A stretch of DNA of 35,056 nucleotides from a virus (taxonomy: Duplodnaviria > Heunggongvirae > Uroviricota > Caudoviricetes): the IMG/VR virus record IMGVR_UViG_2734482782_000004, one strand, 5' to 3'. Made by a program: the position numbers and the translations under genes. Shown here one piece after another: positions 17,187-26,509 of the stretch. The notes under the pieces were generated by a model, which saw only the letters and a list, made by a program, of their open reading frames with translations, made no database searches and was not told where the DNA came from. How positions within the stretch are numbered: position 1 is the stretch's first letter; each line of letters begins with the position of its first letter.

Positions 17187-18260
17187 ATGAGTACTTACTT
17201 TTTCTCGTCAGAAACAATGAAAGAATTGTTCAAAGATTATCTGGTCTTTTTGAACACGCTGACTCCCAGCACAAACTTTGAATCAAACAGAAACAAAATA
17301 ATTGCTCAAGCAATAAACTTCATTTCCGAAAACCCTGAAGATTGGGACAAAAAATCCCAGTACAACATTGCTATGATTGGCGACACCTTTAAAAGTTTCT
17401 TAAGAGAAAAGGGAGAAGATAACAACAGCATCAACCTTATATTCACTTGCTTTTTTAGATTTATCATTGAACCAAGCATTCTCTCTCCGGAAATAGAGTC
17501 TCACTTTTCACCACTAAGAACCATCAAGGATTTTGCTCTGTATAACTATAATGAATTCGATGAGCGGAGCAGAGCACAGATAGACTTTTCTCTTAGAGAA
17601 CTGCCATTAGCAATGGTTAAAGAAGTTTTAAGCTCCAGCAATGTTGACACATATAAAAAATACATTGATAGTTTAAACGAAGGGCGTCAATTTTTCGAAA
17701 AGTGCGACTCCTTCTTAAAGGAGCAACATGCCAAAATAGAGTCAATTAAAGAGTCATTAAAAGGGTATGAGGTCGCATTTAATTTTGTTGGACTGTTTGA
17801 AGGCTTTAATTCACTTGGCAAAAAGAAAGAAAGTGAAATCATGCTATCAAGAATAATTCTTATCATCTTGGCTATAATCATTCCCTCCCCGCTGATATAC
17901 TATGGAATGCATAAATTACCAGCTCTCGAAACGACAAATGCTGCCACATATTTTATGTCAGCACTACCTTTTGCATCAGTTACATTGATTTTCATGTATT
18001 ACTTTAGAGTTGTACTGCTAAATCATATATCGTTACGAACTCAGATTATGCAAATAGAACTCAGAAAGAGCCTTTGTCAGTTCATTCAGAGTTATAGCGA
18101 CTATTCCTCAGAGATAAGGAAAAACAATCCGGAAGCGCTTTCAAAATTCGAAGACGTAGTATTTTCAAACATCATGCTATCCGATGATAAGATACCATCT
18201 ACATTTGATGGCATTGAGCAAATAGCATCGTTAATCAATTCATTAAAAAATGGAAAGTAA
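17187..18260 (+). CDS. Cargo membrane protein, 357 aa (soluble N-domain of about 215 aa, two TM helices, C-terminal tail of about 80 aa), at the S-V junction (P2 orf30 position)
   Basis: AT-rich ORF opposite in strand to the tail genes; ATG at 17187 with AAGGGA 14 nt upstream (the next ATG is at 17217); hydrophobic segments IMLSRIILIILAIIIPSPLIYYG and AATYFMSALPFASVTLIFMYYFRVVLL; followed by a bidirectional terminator. Confidence 0.6.
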   Translation: MSTYFFSSETMKELFKDYLVFLNTLTPSTNFESNRNKIIAQAINFISENPEDWDKKSQYNIAMIGDTFKSFLREKGEDNNSINLIFTCFFRFIIEPSILSPEIESHFSPLRTIKDFALYNYNEFDERSRAQIDFSLRELPLAMVKEVLSSSNVDTYKKYIDSLNEGRQFFEKCDSFLKEQHAKIESIKESLKGYEVAFNFVGLFEGFNSLGKKKESEIMLSRIILIILAIIIPSPLIYYGMHKLPALETTNAATYFMSALPFASVTLIFMYYFRVVLLNHISLRTQIMQIELRKSLCQFIQSYSDYSSEIRKNNPEALSKFEDVVFSNIMLSDDKIPSTFDGIEQIASLINSLKNGK

Positions 18261-18264
18261 TGAT

Positions 18265-18290
18265 AAAAGGCCAATAACTGGCCTTTTATT
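18265..18290. terminator. Bidirectional rho-independent terminator between the cargo gene and gpS
   Basis: Hairpin aaaaggcca-ataac-tggcctttt with T-tract on the plus strand and A-tract upstream (T-tract on the minus strand). Confidence 0.65.
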
Positions 18291-18362
18291 TATTAACATG
18301 AAAATTCAAAATAAATTATGCTAATCAATTGATTTCTATCTTATATTCTCAGATGATTAAAG

Positions 18363-18815
18363 CTAACGATTCAGGTGAGCCAGGATAATCTCTTCAATCA
18401 TCTGCACATCCTCACCGGTAAAGCCGAGCAGAGGACGCGCCGGATAATCAATTTTCTTACCGTCTTTCCGGGTTTCTTCCGACAGACCGAACTGATGCAC
18501 ACTGGCGATTTTCGGTGACTTCCCGCCGTAAAACTCCATTGCTGCCTGTTCAGGGCTGGCGCGGATATGCAAAAAACGACTGGTGATAAGTTTCGCAAAC
18601 ATTTTTCGCTTAACGCGACCGGTCTTTTTTCTGGCGCTCTGCTGCTGGCGTGGTGCGTAGGGTGTGCCGTCCGGGGCTTTCTGTGCCATCACCCGGCGCT
18701 GCTGACTCTGCCGCAGACGTTTCGCCAGTTCGGCGCTCAGTCGCCGACGCCCTGACGGTGACAGCGATTCAATAAGTCCGGTCAGCCGGTCTTCAAAACG
18801 CTTAAACTCATTCAT
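18363..18815 (-). CDS. S: Tail completion protein gpS
   Basis: 150-aa ORF, P2 S length and position. Confidence 0.8.
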   Translation of the reverse strand: MNEFKRFEDRLTGLIESLSPSGRRRLSAELAKRLRQSQQRRVMAQKAPDGTPYAPRQQQSARKKTGRVKRKMFAKLITSRFLHIRASPEQAAMEFYGGKSPKIASVHQFGLSEETRKDGKKIDYPARPLLGFTGEDVQMIEEIILAHLNR

Positions 18816-19275
18816 CCCACTTGCTCACCAGTTCGCCATTGATATAAAGCTCCACCGGGCGGGTGACCGGCTCCGGCGGCGGAGGTTCCGGGATATTCTT
18901 CACATGCAGTGCGCCGTCCACCTCACTGACCAGCGTGCGCTCGGTCAGCATCAGGCTGATGCTGATATCAAAGCTGCTGTCATTGTTGATGTCTGCATAA
19001 AACGTGAAGCCCTTTTTCTGACCTTCGTCGGTGGTCATGATGTCGGGCTGATTTTCCCGCAGCCACGCCAGCACCGGCACGATGAGCAGGTCAAAATCAC
19101 CGGTAAAGTCGGTCACAATGACATTGAGCGTGTAACGCTTTTCGAATGACAACGACGCCGCCAGTGTGGAGGCAATACTCCCGTTATCCACGAATATCCG
19201 CAGCATATCGGGGTTAGTTTTCAGTACCGTGACGGCATCAGTCAGCGCCCTGCGCAGGCTGTCGGGTTTGAGCAT
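18808..19275 (-). CDS. R: Tail completion protein gpR
   Basis: 155-aa ORF, P2 R length and position. Confidence 0.8.
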   Translation of the reverse strand: MLKPDSLRRALTDAVTVLKTNPDMLRIFVDNGSIASTLAASLSFEKRYTLNVIVTDFTGDFDLLIVPVLAWLRENQPDIMTTDEGQKKGFTFYADINNDSSFDISISLMLTERTLVSEVDGALHVKNIPEPPPPEPVTRPVELYINGELVSKWDE

Positions 19276-19528
19276 CGTTTTCGTCCTGACAGTGTTTAAT
19301 CATTTTTACCTGGCTGGCACAGCGCGCCAGCGCGTTCTCAAGCTGCCGGATATCGGCACTTAAATCGCCGTTCGTCTGCGGGTCACTGCCCGGCATCGGG
19401 CAAAGGCTCACTTTCGGGCAGGCGTTGTGGACAATCACTGGCGTCGGTGCAGGCGGGGCGCTGGTGCAACCGGCGCACAGCATCAGGCAGGTCAGCGCCG
19501 TACCAGCGGCGAAAATCTTCGTTTTCAT
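19238..19528 (-). CDS. lysC: LysC, Rz1-like outer-membrane lipoprotein spanin
   Basis: 96-aa product from the internal ATG (MKTKIFAAGTALTCLMLCAGC...) with lipoprotein signal and lipobox LCAGC, Pro-rich; out-of-frame overlap with the 3' part of lysB. Confidence 0.7.
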   Translation of the reverse strand: MKTKIFAAGTALTCLMLCAGCTSAPPAPTPVIVHNACPKVSLCPMPGSDPQTNGDLSADIRQLENALARCASQVKMIKHCQDENDAQTRQPAQGAD

Positions 19529-19808
19529 TGAGTAACCTCGTGATGGTTTTCTCGCGCTGTGCTTCACGCTTCGCGGCGTTCTCCAGTTCCTGACGCAGTG
19601 CCACCTGCGCCAGCTCGTTTTTGTCTGCCCTGGTGAGCGCAACATGAAGCTGATTTTTCAGCATGGTGATGGTCGCCTGCTGCTCGCTGGCTACGTTGTT
19701 TGCCCTGTCCAGTGAGGTGCGCAGGCTGGCGTTTTTATGCTTCGCCAGAAACAGACCCGCCACCGCCAGCGATAACAACACAACCATCACAATCATCAGC
19801 TTTGACAT
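19383..19808 (-). CDS. lysB: LysB, Rz-like inner-membrane spanin
   Basis: 141-aa ORF with N-terminal TM helix and coiled-coil body; P2 LysB length. Confidence 0.75.
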   Translation of the reverse strand: MSKLMIVMVVLLSLAVAGLFLAKHKNASLRTSLDRANNVASEQQATITMLKNQLHVALTRADKNELAQVALRQELENAAKREAQREKTITRLLNENEDFRRWYGADLPDAVRRLHQRPACTDASDCPQRLPESEPLPDAGQ

Positions 19809-20221
19809 GGTTCCCGCCCCTCAAAACGCTGACGGCAGGCCGTACGTATCAGCCGGAAGAACACCGATACCACGAGATAAATCAGCGCGGTAAAAATCCA
19901 CCCGGCAGCGACCAGCGAGATAAACGTCGCCACCATCACTACCAGAGCCACCGCCCGTCTGCGCCACGGCACCGGCTGCAAAAACAGCGACGTGACAATC
20001 TTCACGGCCAGCGATTCCGGCGGAAGCTCCCGCCCGTAGCGTTCCAGCACATACTCAGTGGCATACACGCCGGCACCACCGGCAACCACACAGATAACCA
20101 TCGCCAGAATCGCCCAGGTGGCGACAAAACTGACGGCCACGCTCTGCGGGTAAATCAGGGACAGTGCCAGCATCAGCGCCAGCGACACGTTCAGCATCAG
20201 TGAAAGGGATAATTTCTTCAT
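19796..20221 (-). CDS. lysA: LysA lysis-timing membrane protein
   Basis: 141-aa multi-TM ORF, P2 LysA length and position. Confidence 0.75.
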   Translation of the reverse strand: MKKLSLSLMLNVSLALMLALSLIYPQSVAVSFVATWAILAMVICVVAGGAGVYATEYVLERYGRELPPESLAVKIVTSLFLQPVPWRRRAVALVVMVATFISLVAAGWIFTALIYLVVSVFFRLIRTACRQRFEGREPCQS

Positions 20222-20235
20222 GGTGTTTACTCCGT

Positions 20236-20733
20236 TTAAGCCGGTACGCCGCCAGCGGTACGCCAGACGGTGACCAGTTTTTCCAGTGAATGCTCACGCT
20301 GACCGTAACCGGCACCCGGCAGGGACGCCCAGATATTGCGACAGCGTGAAATGGCGCGCTCAATGCGTCCCGCCCGGATGTCATCCAGTGCACCGCGTTC
20401 GCGGATCAACTGAATGGCAAGTCTGTCCTGTGACAACGGACTGAAATCCGGCAGGGCAAGCTGTTTGCGGTAATGCGGCCAGAACAGGTAAAGCTGCTGA
20501 TAGCGACCGGAGGCCGTGGATTTTTCACCGCGACGGTTAAACACCTTCGCCGGTCGGCCATGCGCGAACGGGTGGTCACTGTAGTCGGTGAAAATTTCCG
20601 GCTTCCCGTCCAGTCCGGTGACTATCACGTCATAGCCCCGGTTTTTCGTCAGCGGATGGTTTGCCGTCCCTTCGGACACGGCCAGCATGTCGAGAAAGGC
20701 CGCGATATTCTGATGCGTGTTAATTACCGGCAT
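20236..20733 (-). CDS. K: Endolysin gpK (lysozyme-like)
   Basis: 165-aa ORF, P2 K length, between holin and lysA. Confidence 0.8.
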   Translation of the reverse strand: MPVINTHQNIAAFLDMLAVSEGTANHPLTKNRGYDVIVTGLDGKPEIFTDYSDHPFAHGRPAKVFNRRGEKSTASGRYQQLYLFWPHYRKQLALPDFSPLSQDRLAIQLIRERGALDDIRAGRIERAISRCRNIWASLPGAGYGQREHSLEKLVTVWRTAGGVPA

Positions 20734-21014
20734 TACGGTTTCCCCCTGCCCTTAAAACGGCGCTGAATGGCAATCTCAATCACCTGATAACCGGCGATAC
20801 CCAGCATGGAGCCGATGCCGCACACCGCAGGCAGTGACAGGTCAGGAAACTGCACCAGAACAACACCGGCAACCATCGAGACAAAACCACCGAGCAACAT
20901 GCGCCCGATAAACAGACGCGGGGTGATGGGTTCACCACCGGCAAGCACCTTGCCGACAACAATCAGCACCCCAATCATGAAAAGCGACAGGACGCTTTTT
21001 TCTTCTGCTGTCAT
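20733..21014 (-). CDS. Y: Holin gpY
   Basis: 93-aa ORF with hydrophobic helices and charged C-terminus; P2 Y length and position. Confidence 0.8.
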   Translation of the reverse strand: MTAEEKSVLSLFMIGVLIVVGKVLAGGEPITPRLFIGRMLLGGFVSMVAGVVLVQFPDLSLPAVCGIGSMLGIAGYQVIEIAIQRRFKGRGKP

Positions 21015-21017
21015 GCG

Positions 21018-21221
21018 TTACTCCCACAGATTGACAGTTTCAGCCACGGGCGCGGTCTGAACGTCGGGCAGTTCGACGGCGGTGCCGTGCGGCAGCACCG
21101 CGCCCAGTTCAGCCAGTCCCGGATTTGCGGCGAGCACGGTCTCAACCACGCCCTCAGTGCGCCCGTAATACCGGACACAAATGGCGTCGAGCGTGTCGCC
21201 CTGTAGCGCAAAGGTCTTCAT
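21018..21221 (-). CDS. X: Tail protein gpX
   Basis: 67-aa product from the internal ATG (MKTFALQGDTLDAICVRYYG...), P2 X length. Confidence 0.75.
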   Translation of the reverse strand: MKTFALQGDTLDAICVRYYGRTEGVVETVLAANPGLAELGAVLPHGTAVELPDVQTAPVAETVNLWE

Positions 21222-21730
21222 CAGATTTGACTCACGATGCAGCGCGGCTTGTCCTGGATACGCGCCACCGCCCAGCGCATATCCCGCCACAGCTCATCAA
21301 TGGTGCTGTCAATGCTGTCAGCCTTCTTGTCGCCTTTCGCACTGGCATCCACGCCGCGATAACGCTCATAAAGCGACGCGGACGCCATCGCACACACGGC
21401 GCGCTCGTAGTAAAAAACTTTGATGCTTTCACCGTCGATATCGTCCGCCGGGACGTCCGCCAGACGCGTAAAACCGGCGGCAATTTTCTGTTCGCGGTAC
21501 TCGTACAGCTCCGCATTCGTCTCCGCCATGCCTGACTTGATGGCCTCACGCAGACGGGCGGGGGCGACGGTCTGCTCAAGGCGCATACGTTCCCGGACGC
21601 GCTTCGGGTCGATATCGGGAAAAAAGAACGTGTTTTTAATCACCGGCTCGTCGCCTGCCGGTTGCGGGATGACCACCGTACCCTCACCGGACACGGGAGT
21701 CTCCTTTCGCGGAATAATCAGCGTCATCAT
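21221..21730 (-). CDS. L: Head completion protein gpL
   Basis: 169-aa product from the internal ATG (MMTLIIPRKETPV...), P2 L length. Confidence 0.75.
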   Translation of the reverse strand: MMTLIIPRKETPVSGEGTVVIPQPAGDEPVIKNTFFFPDIDPKRVRERMRLEQTVAPARLREAIKSGMAETNAELYEYREQKIAAGFTRLADVPADDIDGESIKVFYYERAVCAMASASLYERYRGVDASAKGDKKADSIDSTIDELWRDMRWAVARIQDKPRCIVSQI

Positions 21731-21829
21731 GACTACCTCTGAAAAGTCGGGCGGTGGACGCCGGTACAGCGTCAGGTGATTCACCCTCACTGACCGGCGT
21801 GCCGCCCTGGCGCGGGGCGCATTCGGTTG

Positions 21830-22573
21830 TTAACTGGCTTTCTTTTTCGGGCGTCCACGTTTTGCCGGTGTCACGCTCCGGGTCTTACGCGGGGTACGGG
21901 TGGCCGCTTTGGGCTGCGGCTCCGGCTTCGGTTTCAGCTCCCGCTCCAGTCGTTCAATCTCTTTTTTGACGCCTGCCTGACAGTCGAGCTGTGTCGCACG
22001 TTGCAGGTGAGCCAGCGCACCGGCGGCATCACCACCGTCACGCAGAAACAGACCGGTGATTTTGTGCAGCTTTGCGCGCACTTCATCAGGCATGTCAGCC
22101 GTGGCGGTCAGTTCAAGGGTCTCCGTCAGCAGGCGGGTATCCACGGATTCACCGGCAGCGTGAGCGCGCATGGCCGCAAGCGCCACCTCCTCGGTGAACA
22201 TGTACGGCGGGGTACGGCGGTGTTTACCCGGCATGGTCAGACCGTACTTCAGGGCATAACGGGCAATCTCCAGCGCACCGGCAATATCGCCGGTATCCAG
22301 ACGCCACAGCATGACCGTCATCAGAATGTCATCCTGTGCGCCTTTGCCCTGCTCCAGCACGCCGTTCACCCACGGCAACCAGAACGGCAGCAGTTCGCGC
22401 TTTTTCGCGGCCTTCAGCTCTTTTGAATAAATCGCTTTCAGTGTGCGCTGGTCTGCGGCGAGCTTAACCAGCATCTGCTCATAGACAGTTGCATGTCGCA
22501 GCGGGGCGGCTTCCCGCTGCGCGGTCATCGCTGCCGAGACCCGCATCATGTGGCGCTGTGCGGGACTCGTCAT
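21830..22573 (-). CDS. M: Terminase small (endonuclease) subunit gpM
   Basis: 247-aa ORF with basic C-terminal tail; P2 M length and position. Confidence 0.8.
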   Translation of the reverse strand: MTSPAQRHMMRVSAAMTAQREAAPLRHATVYEQMLVKLAADQRTLKAIYSKELKAAKKRELLPFWLPWVNGVLEQGKGAQDDILMTVMLWRLDTGDIAGALEIARYALKYGLTMPGKHRRTPPYMFTEEVALAAMRAHAAGESVDTRLLTETLELTATADMPDEVRAKLHKITGLFLRDGGDAAGALAHLQRATQLDCQAGVKKEIERLERELKPKPEPQPKAATRTPRKTRSVTPAKRGRPKKKAS

Positions 22574-22576
22574 CGG

Positions 22577-23650
22577 TTACGCTCCCGGCTCTGCGGTCGC
22601 TTTAGCCGGTGTGGAGAAATCACCGACCTTAATTTTTTCCACCAGACAACCGGCGGCGTAGTCCTCCACCACGTAATCAATGTTCATTGACTCGTAGTTC
22701 TCCACGCGGTCGAGTTTCGGGTTTTCCTCAATCACGCGGCGATGGCTGTCATCCATGTAGTAGATGGACAGGTTTTCCAGCTTCGTGATGAGCATCGCAT
22801 CCGCCGGGAAGTACGGGACGCGTACCGCTGGCAGGTTGCCGATGCGTTTCTGGCTGATGATGACGTCAGCGGCCAGCATTTCGCTGTTGTCCTGCTCCTT
22901 GTTGACGATGGGAAAATACTTGTCCGCCAGTAGCTGACGTCCCACAATCACCACAAGGTCAGGGTCTTCCTGATACCACGGCTCAATCAGGTTGTTGGTC
23001 GCATCCATCACCAGTGCATCAAGGCTGGCATAATCACCGCCCTTACCCACGCGGATGACCTCAGAGGTGGTGTGCCCTTCCTCGTCAGTGACCTTGCTCA
23101 TCACGCGCGCCGGGGCTTCATTGCGGTATTTCTGCAGCCAGCCGACCGCCACATCCTGCAGCATCGGATTGCTGCTGCGGTCAGAGGTTTCGGCACGCTT
23201 CACGCCGTTAAAACCGGCCATGATGAAATCAAGGGACTGGCGTTTAATAATGGCGTTACGGATACGGAGCTGGAAATCCTGATAACGCGCCCACAGGTCC
23301 AGCGTTTTGTAGCGGATATAAAAATCGAAGTTAATCTGGTCGCATTCGTACTTGTTTGACGCCAGCTTCGAGAAGTCCTTCGGCTGACGCTCGGTGCCAC
23401 CGGCGGTGTCGGTGGTGCTGGCGATGGAGCCGGTGACACCAATACCAATTTTTTCCCCTTTCATTTCGCTGACCGGCACAATGTTGATGCGGGTCAGAAA
23501 GTCAGAGGACTCCTGCATGGTGTTCATCAGGGTCTGGGTGACCGACGGTTCAACGGTGAATTTTTTCGATACATCACCGGCGTCGATGCCGTTCAGCTCG
23601 GCAACACGGGACAGGTAGGCATTAAATTTAAAGCGGGTTTCCTGGCGCAT
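22577..23650 (-). CDS. N: Major capsid protein gpN
   Basis: 357-aa ORF, P2 N length and position. Confidence 0.85.
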   Translation of the reverse strand: MRQETRFKFNAYLSRVAELNGIDAGDVSKKFTVEPSVTQTLMNTMQESSDFLTRINIVPVSEMKGEKIGIGVTGSIASTTDTAGGTERQPKDFSKLASNKYECDQINFDFYIRYKTLDLWARYQDFQLRIRNAIIKRQSLDFIMAGFNGVKRAETSDRSSNPMLQDVAVGWLQKYRNEAPARVMSKVTDEEGHTTSEVIRVGKGGDYASLDALVMDATNNLIEPWYQEDPDLVVIVGRQLLADKYFPIVNKEQDNSEMLAADVIISQKRIGNLPAVRVPYFPADAMLITKLENLSIYYMDDSHRRVIEENPKLDRVENYESMNIDYVVEDYAAGCLVEKIKVGDFSTPAKATAEPGA

Positions 23651-23708
23651 AGTTTTTCCTGAAATTAAGGGTTAATCGTGAAGGTTTTCCCGGACTGACT
23701 GACGCCGG

Positions 23709-24563
23709 TCAGCAGTTCGTCATCAGGGCGTCACCGCCACCGCCGGTGGCCTTGCTGCGGCGCTGCTGGGTCAGACTTTCGGTGTTGTCGAGACTGTTTT
23801 TCAGGCGGGTGAATGCCTGGCTGGTTTCATCCGCCCTGTCTGTCACCTCCTGCTTAAGTGCGGAAAAGGCAGTTTCCATCTCAGCGAGGCGCTGCTCAGT
23901 GGCGCTCAGTTTTTCCTGCACATGTTCAGCAACAGCGGTCACCGCTTCATGCACGTCATTCAGACGGGCGTCATCGCTGGCCTGTTTGCGGCCAAAAATG
24001 GATTTCACCTTTTCGGTCAGGGCGGTGAACACGGTTTCAGGCAGGTCTTCAAATTCCAGCTCAACGGGCGTTGCCACTGAAATCAGATTTTCAGGGCTTA
24101 ATTTGAAGCGGTTCAGGGGGTTGTGTTTTGCCGTGCGGCAGAATTCCAGGTATTCCGTGCCGAGGCTTGCCGGGTCATCGGTGACAGCCAGCCCCACCAG
24201 ATAACATTTGCCGGTATTGGCAAAGTTCGGCTGAATTTCCATTGAGGTGTAGACCTTCTGCGCGGCCTTGTTCATCGCGATAAGGTCATCGGTCGGGGTG
24301 ATTTTCGCAAACAGCGCCCATTTGCCTTTCAGCGCCGAATCGTCGTCAATCTTTTCGGCCTTCAGTTCGACCACATCGCCATAACGCTTAAAAATACCGT
24401 CAGGCAGGATGCCACGCAGATGTTCCAGGTTAATGCGGCAACCATAGACACGCGGGTCAAAGGTTTCGGCCATTTCCTGAATATCCTGCGCACTGATGAC
24501 ACGCCCGTCACAGGTGTCACCCTCAACGCCGATACGAAAGAATTTTGAGACTTTTTTTGCCAT
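23709..24563 (-). CDS. O: Capsid scaffolding protein gpO
   Basis: 284-aa product from the internal ATG (MAKKVSKFFRIGVEG...), P2 O length; divergent from P. Confidence 0.8.
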   Translation of the reverse strand: MAKKVSKFFRIGVEGDTCDGRVISAQDIQEMAETFDPRVYGCRINLEHLRGILPDGIFKRYGDVVELKAEKIDDDSALKGKWALFAKITPTDDLIAMNKAAQKVYTSMEIQPNFANTGKCYLVGLAVTDDPASLGTEYLEFCRTAKHNPLNRFKLSPENLISVATPVELEFEDLPETVFTALTEKVKSIFGRKQASDDARLNDVHEAVTAVAEHVQEKLSATEQRLAEMETAFSALKQEVTDRADETSQAFTRLKNSLDNTESLTQQRRSKATGGGGDALMTNC

Positions 24564-24736
24564 TGTCAGGAGTCCTGAATAGTGATTAGAGGAGTCACAT
24601 GTCGGCATCAGTTTCCCGACGATGCGCATCCTCCGCCATCAGTCCCGGATGGCTTATCACTGACACAACAGCACCTTAGCGAATCGCGGGGCGCGACTCA
24701 GTAGCCTTGCCGTGTATTCATCACGGCGAGGTATTC

Positions 24737-26509
24737 ATGACCATCACCACAGACACCACTCTTTTACACGACCCGCGTCGTCAGGCGGCGCTGCTGTACT
24801 GGCAGGGGTTTTCCGTGCCGCAGATTGCCGCCATGTTGCAGATGAAACGCCCGACGGTGCAGAGCTGGAAACAGCGCGACGGCTGGGACAGTGTTGCCCC
24901 CATCAGCCGTGTCGAAATGAGTCTGGAAGCGCGGCTGACCCAGCTCATCATCAAACCGCAGAAAACCGGCGGTGACTTCAAGGAAATTGACCTGCTCGGA
25001 CGCCAGATTGAACGACTGGCACGGGTCAACCGTTACAGTCAGACCGGCAACGAGGCAGACCTTAATCCGAACGTCGCTAACCGCAACAAAGGCGGGCGTC
25101 GCAAACCGAAAAAGAATTTTTTCAGCGACGAAGCCATCGAAAAGCTGGAGCAGATTTTCTTTGAGCAGTCTTTCGACTATCAGTTGCACTGGTATCGCGC
25201 CGGGCTTGAGCACCGCATCCGTGATATCCTGAAATCCCGCCAGATTGGCGCGACGTTTTATTTTTCCCGCGAGGCGCTGCTGCGTGCCCTGAAAACCGGT
25301 CATAACCAGATTTTTCTGTCGGCCAGTAAAACGCAGGCGTATGTGTTCCGCGAATACATCATCGCCTTTGCCCGGCTGGTTGACGTTGACCTGACCGGTG
25401 ACCCGATTGTCCTGGGCAATAACGGCGCAAAACTGATTTTTCTCGGCACCAACTCCAACACCGCGCAGAGCCATAACGGCGACCTGTACGTCGACGAGAT
25501 TTTCTGGATCCCGAATTTTCAGGTACTGCGTAAGGTGGCATCAGGTATGGCCTCACAGAGTCACCTGCGCTCGACCTATTTCTCCACCCCGTCCACGCTG
25601 GCGCACGACGCCTACCCGTTCTGGTCGGGTGAACTGTTCAACCGGGGACGCGCCAGCGCCGCCGAACGCGTGGAAATCGACGTCAGCCATAACGCCCTTG
25701 CCGGTGGTCTTCTCTGTGCGGACGGCCAGTGGCGGCAGATTGTCACCATTGAGGACGCACTGAAAGGCGGCTGCACGCTGTTCGACATTGAGCAGCTCAA
25801 ACGCGAAAACAGCGCCGACGATTTTAAAAACCTGTTCATGTGTGAATTTGTTGACGACAAGGCGTCGGTGTTCCCGTTCGAGGAGCTGCAACGCTGCATG
25901 GTCGACACGCTGGAAGAATGGGAAGACTATGCGCCGTTTGTCGCAAATCCGTTCGGCTCCCGCCCGGTCTGGATTGGTTACGACCCGTCACACCGTGGCG
26001 ACAGCGCCGGATGCGTGGTGCTGGCACCGCCGGTGGTGGCCGGTGGCAAATTCAGAATACTTGAGCGTCACCAGTGGAAAGGCATGGACTTTGCCACCCA
26101 GGCGGAATCCATCCGCAAACTCACCGAAAAATACAACGTCGAATACATCGGAATTGATGCCACCGGCCTCGGTGTCGGCGTGTTCCAGCTCGTGCGCTCG
26201 TTCTATCCCGCCGCGCGCGACATCCGCTACACGCCGGAAATGAAAACCGCAATGGTGCTCAAGGCAAAAGACGTCATCCGCCGTGGCTGTCTGGAATATG
26301 ACGTCAGCGCCACCGACATCACCAGCTCGTTTATGGCTATCCGCAAGACCATGACCAGCAGCGGACGCAGCGCCACGTATGAGGCCAGCCGCAGCGAGGA
26401 AGCCAGCCACGCCGACCTCGCCTGGGCGACCATGCACGCCCTGTTAAATGAGCCACTCACCGCCGGTATCAGCACCCCGCTGACATCCACCATTCTGGAG
26501 TTTTACTGA
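24737..26509 (+). CDS. P: Terminase large (ATPase) subunit gpP
   Basis: 590-aa product from the ATG at 24737 (MTITTDTTLLHDPRRQAALLYWQGF...), preceded by GCGAGG; the track ORF begins at an upstream TTG. Confidence 0.85.
   Translation: MTITTDTTLLHDPRRQAALLYWQGFSVPQIAAMLQMKRPTVQSWKQRDGWDSVAPISRVEMSLEARLTQLIIKPQKTGGDFKEIDLLGRQIERLARVNRYSQTGNEADLNPNVANRNKGGRRKPKKNFFSDEAIEKLEQIFFEQSFDYQLHWYRAGLEHRIRDILKSRQIGATFYFSREALLRALKTGHNQIFLSASKTQAYVFREYIIAFARLVDVDLTGDPIVLGNNGAKLIFLGTNSNTAQSHNGDLYVDEIFWIPNFQVLRKVASGMASQSHLRSTYFSTPSTLAHDAYPFWSGELFNRGRASAAERVEIDVSHNALAGGLLCADGQWRQIVTIEDALKGGCTLFDIEQLKRENSADDFKNLFMCEFVDDKASVFPFEELQRCMVDTLEEWEDYAPFVANPFGSRPVWIGYDPSHRGDSAGCVVLAPPVVAGGKFRILERHQWKGMDFATQAESIRKLTEKYNVEYIGIDATGLGVGVFQLVRSFYPAARDIRYTPEMKTAMVLKAKDVIRRGCLEYDVSATDITSSFMAIRKTMTSSGRSATYEASRSEEASHADLAWATMHALLNEPLTAGISTPLTSTILEFY

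Noticed and set aside
24564-24736. Ogr-type activator sites (TGT-N12-ACA) in the divergent O/P late promoter region
   Set aside because: I searched this interval by eye for the dyad recalled from P2/P4 late promoters and found no convincing match; late promoters are expected here but cannot be placed from sequence alone.
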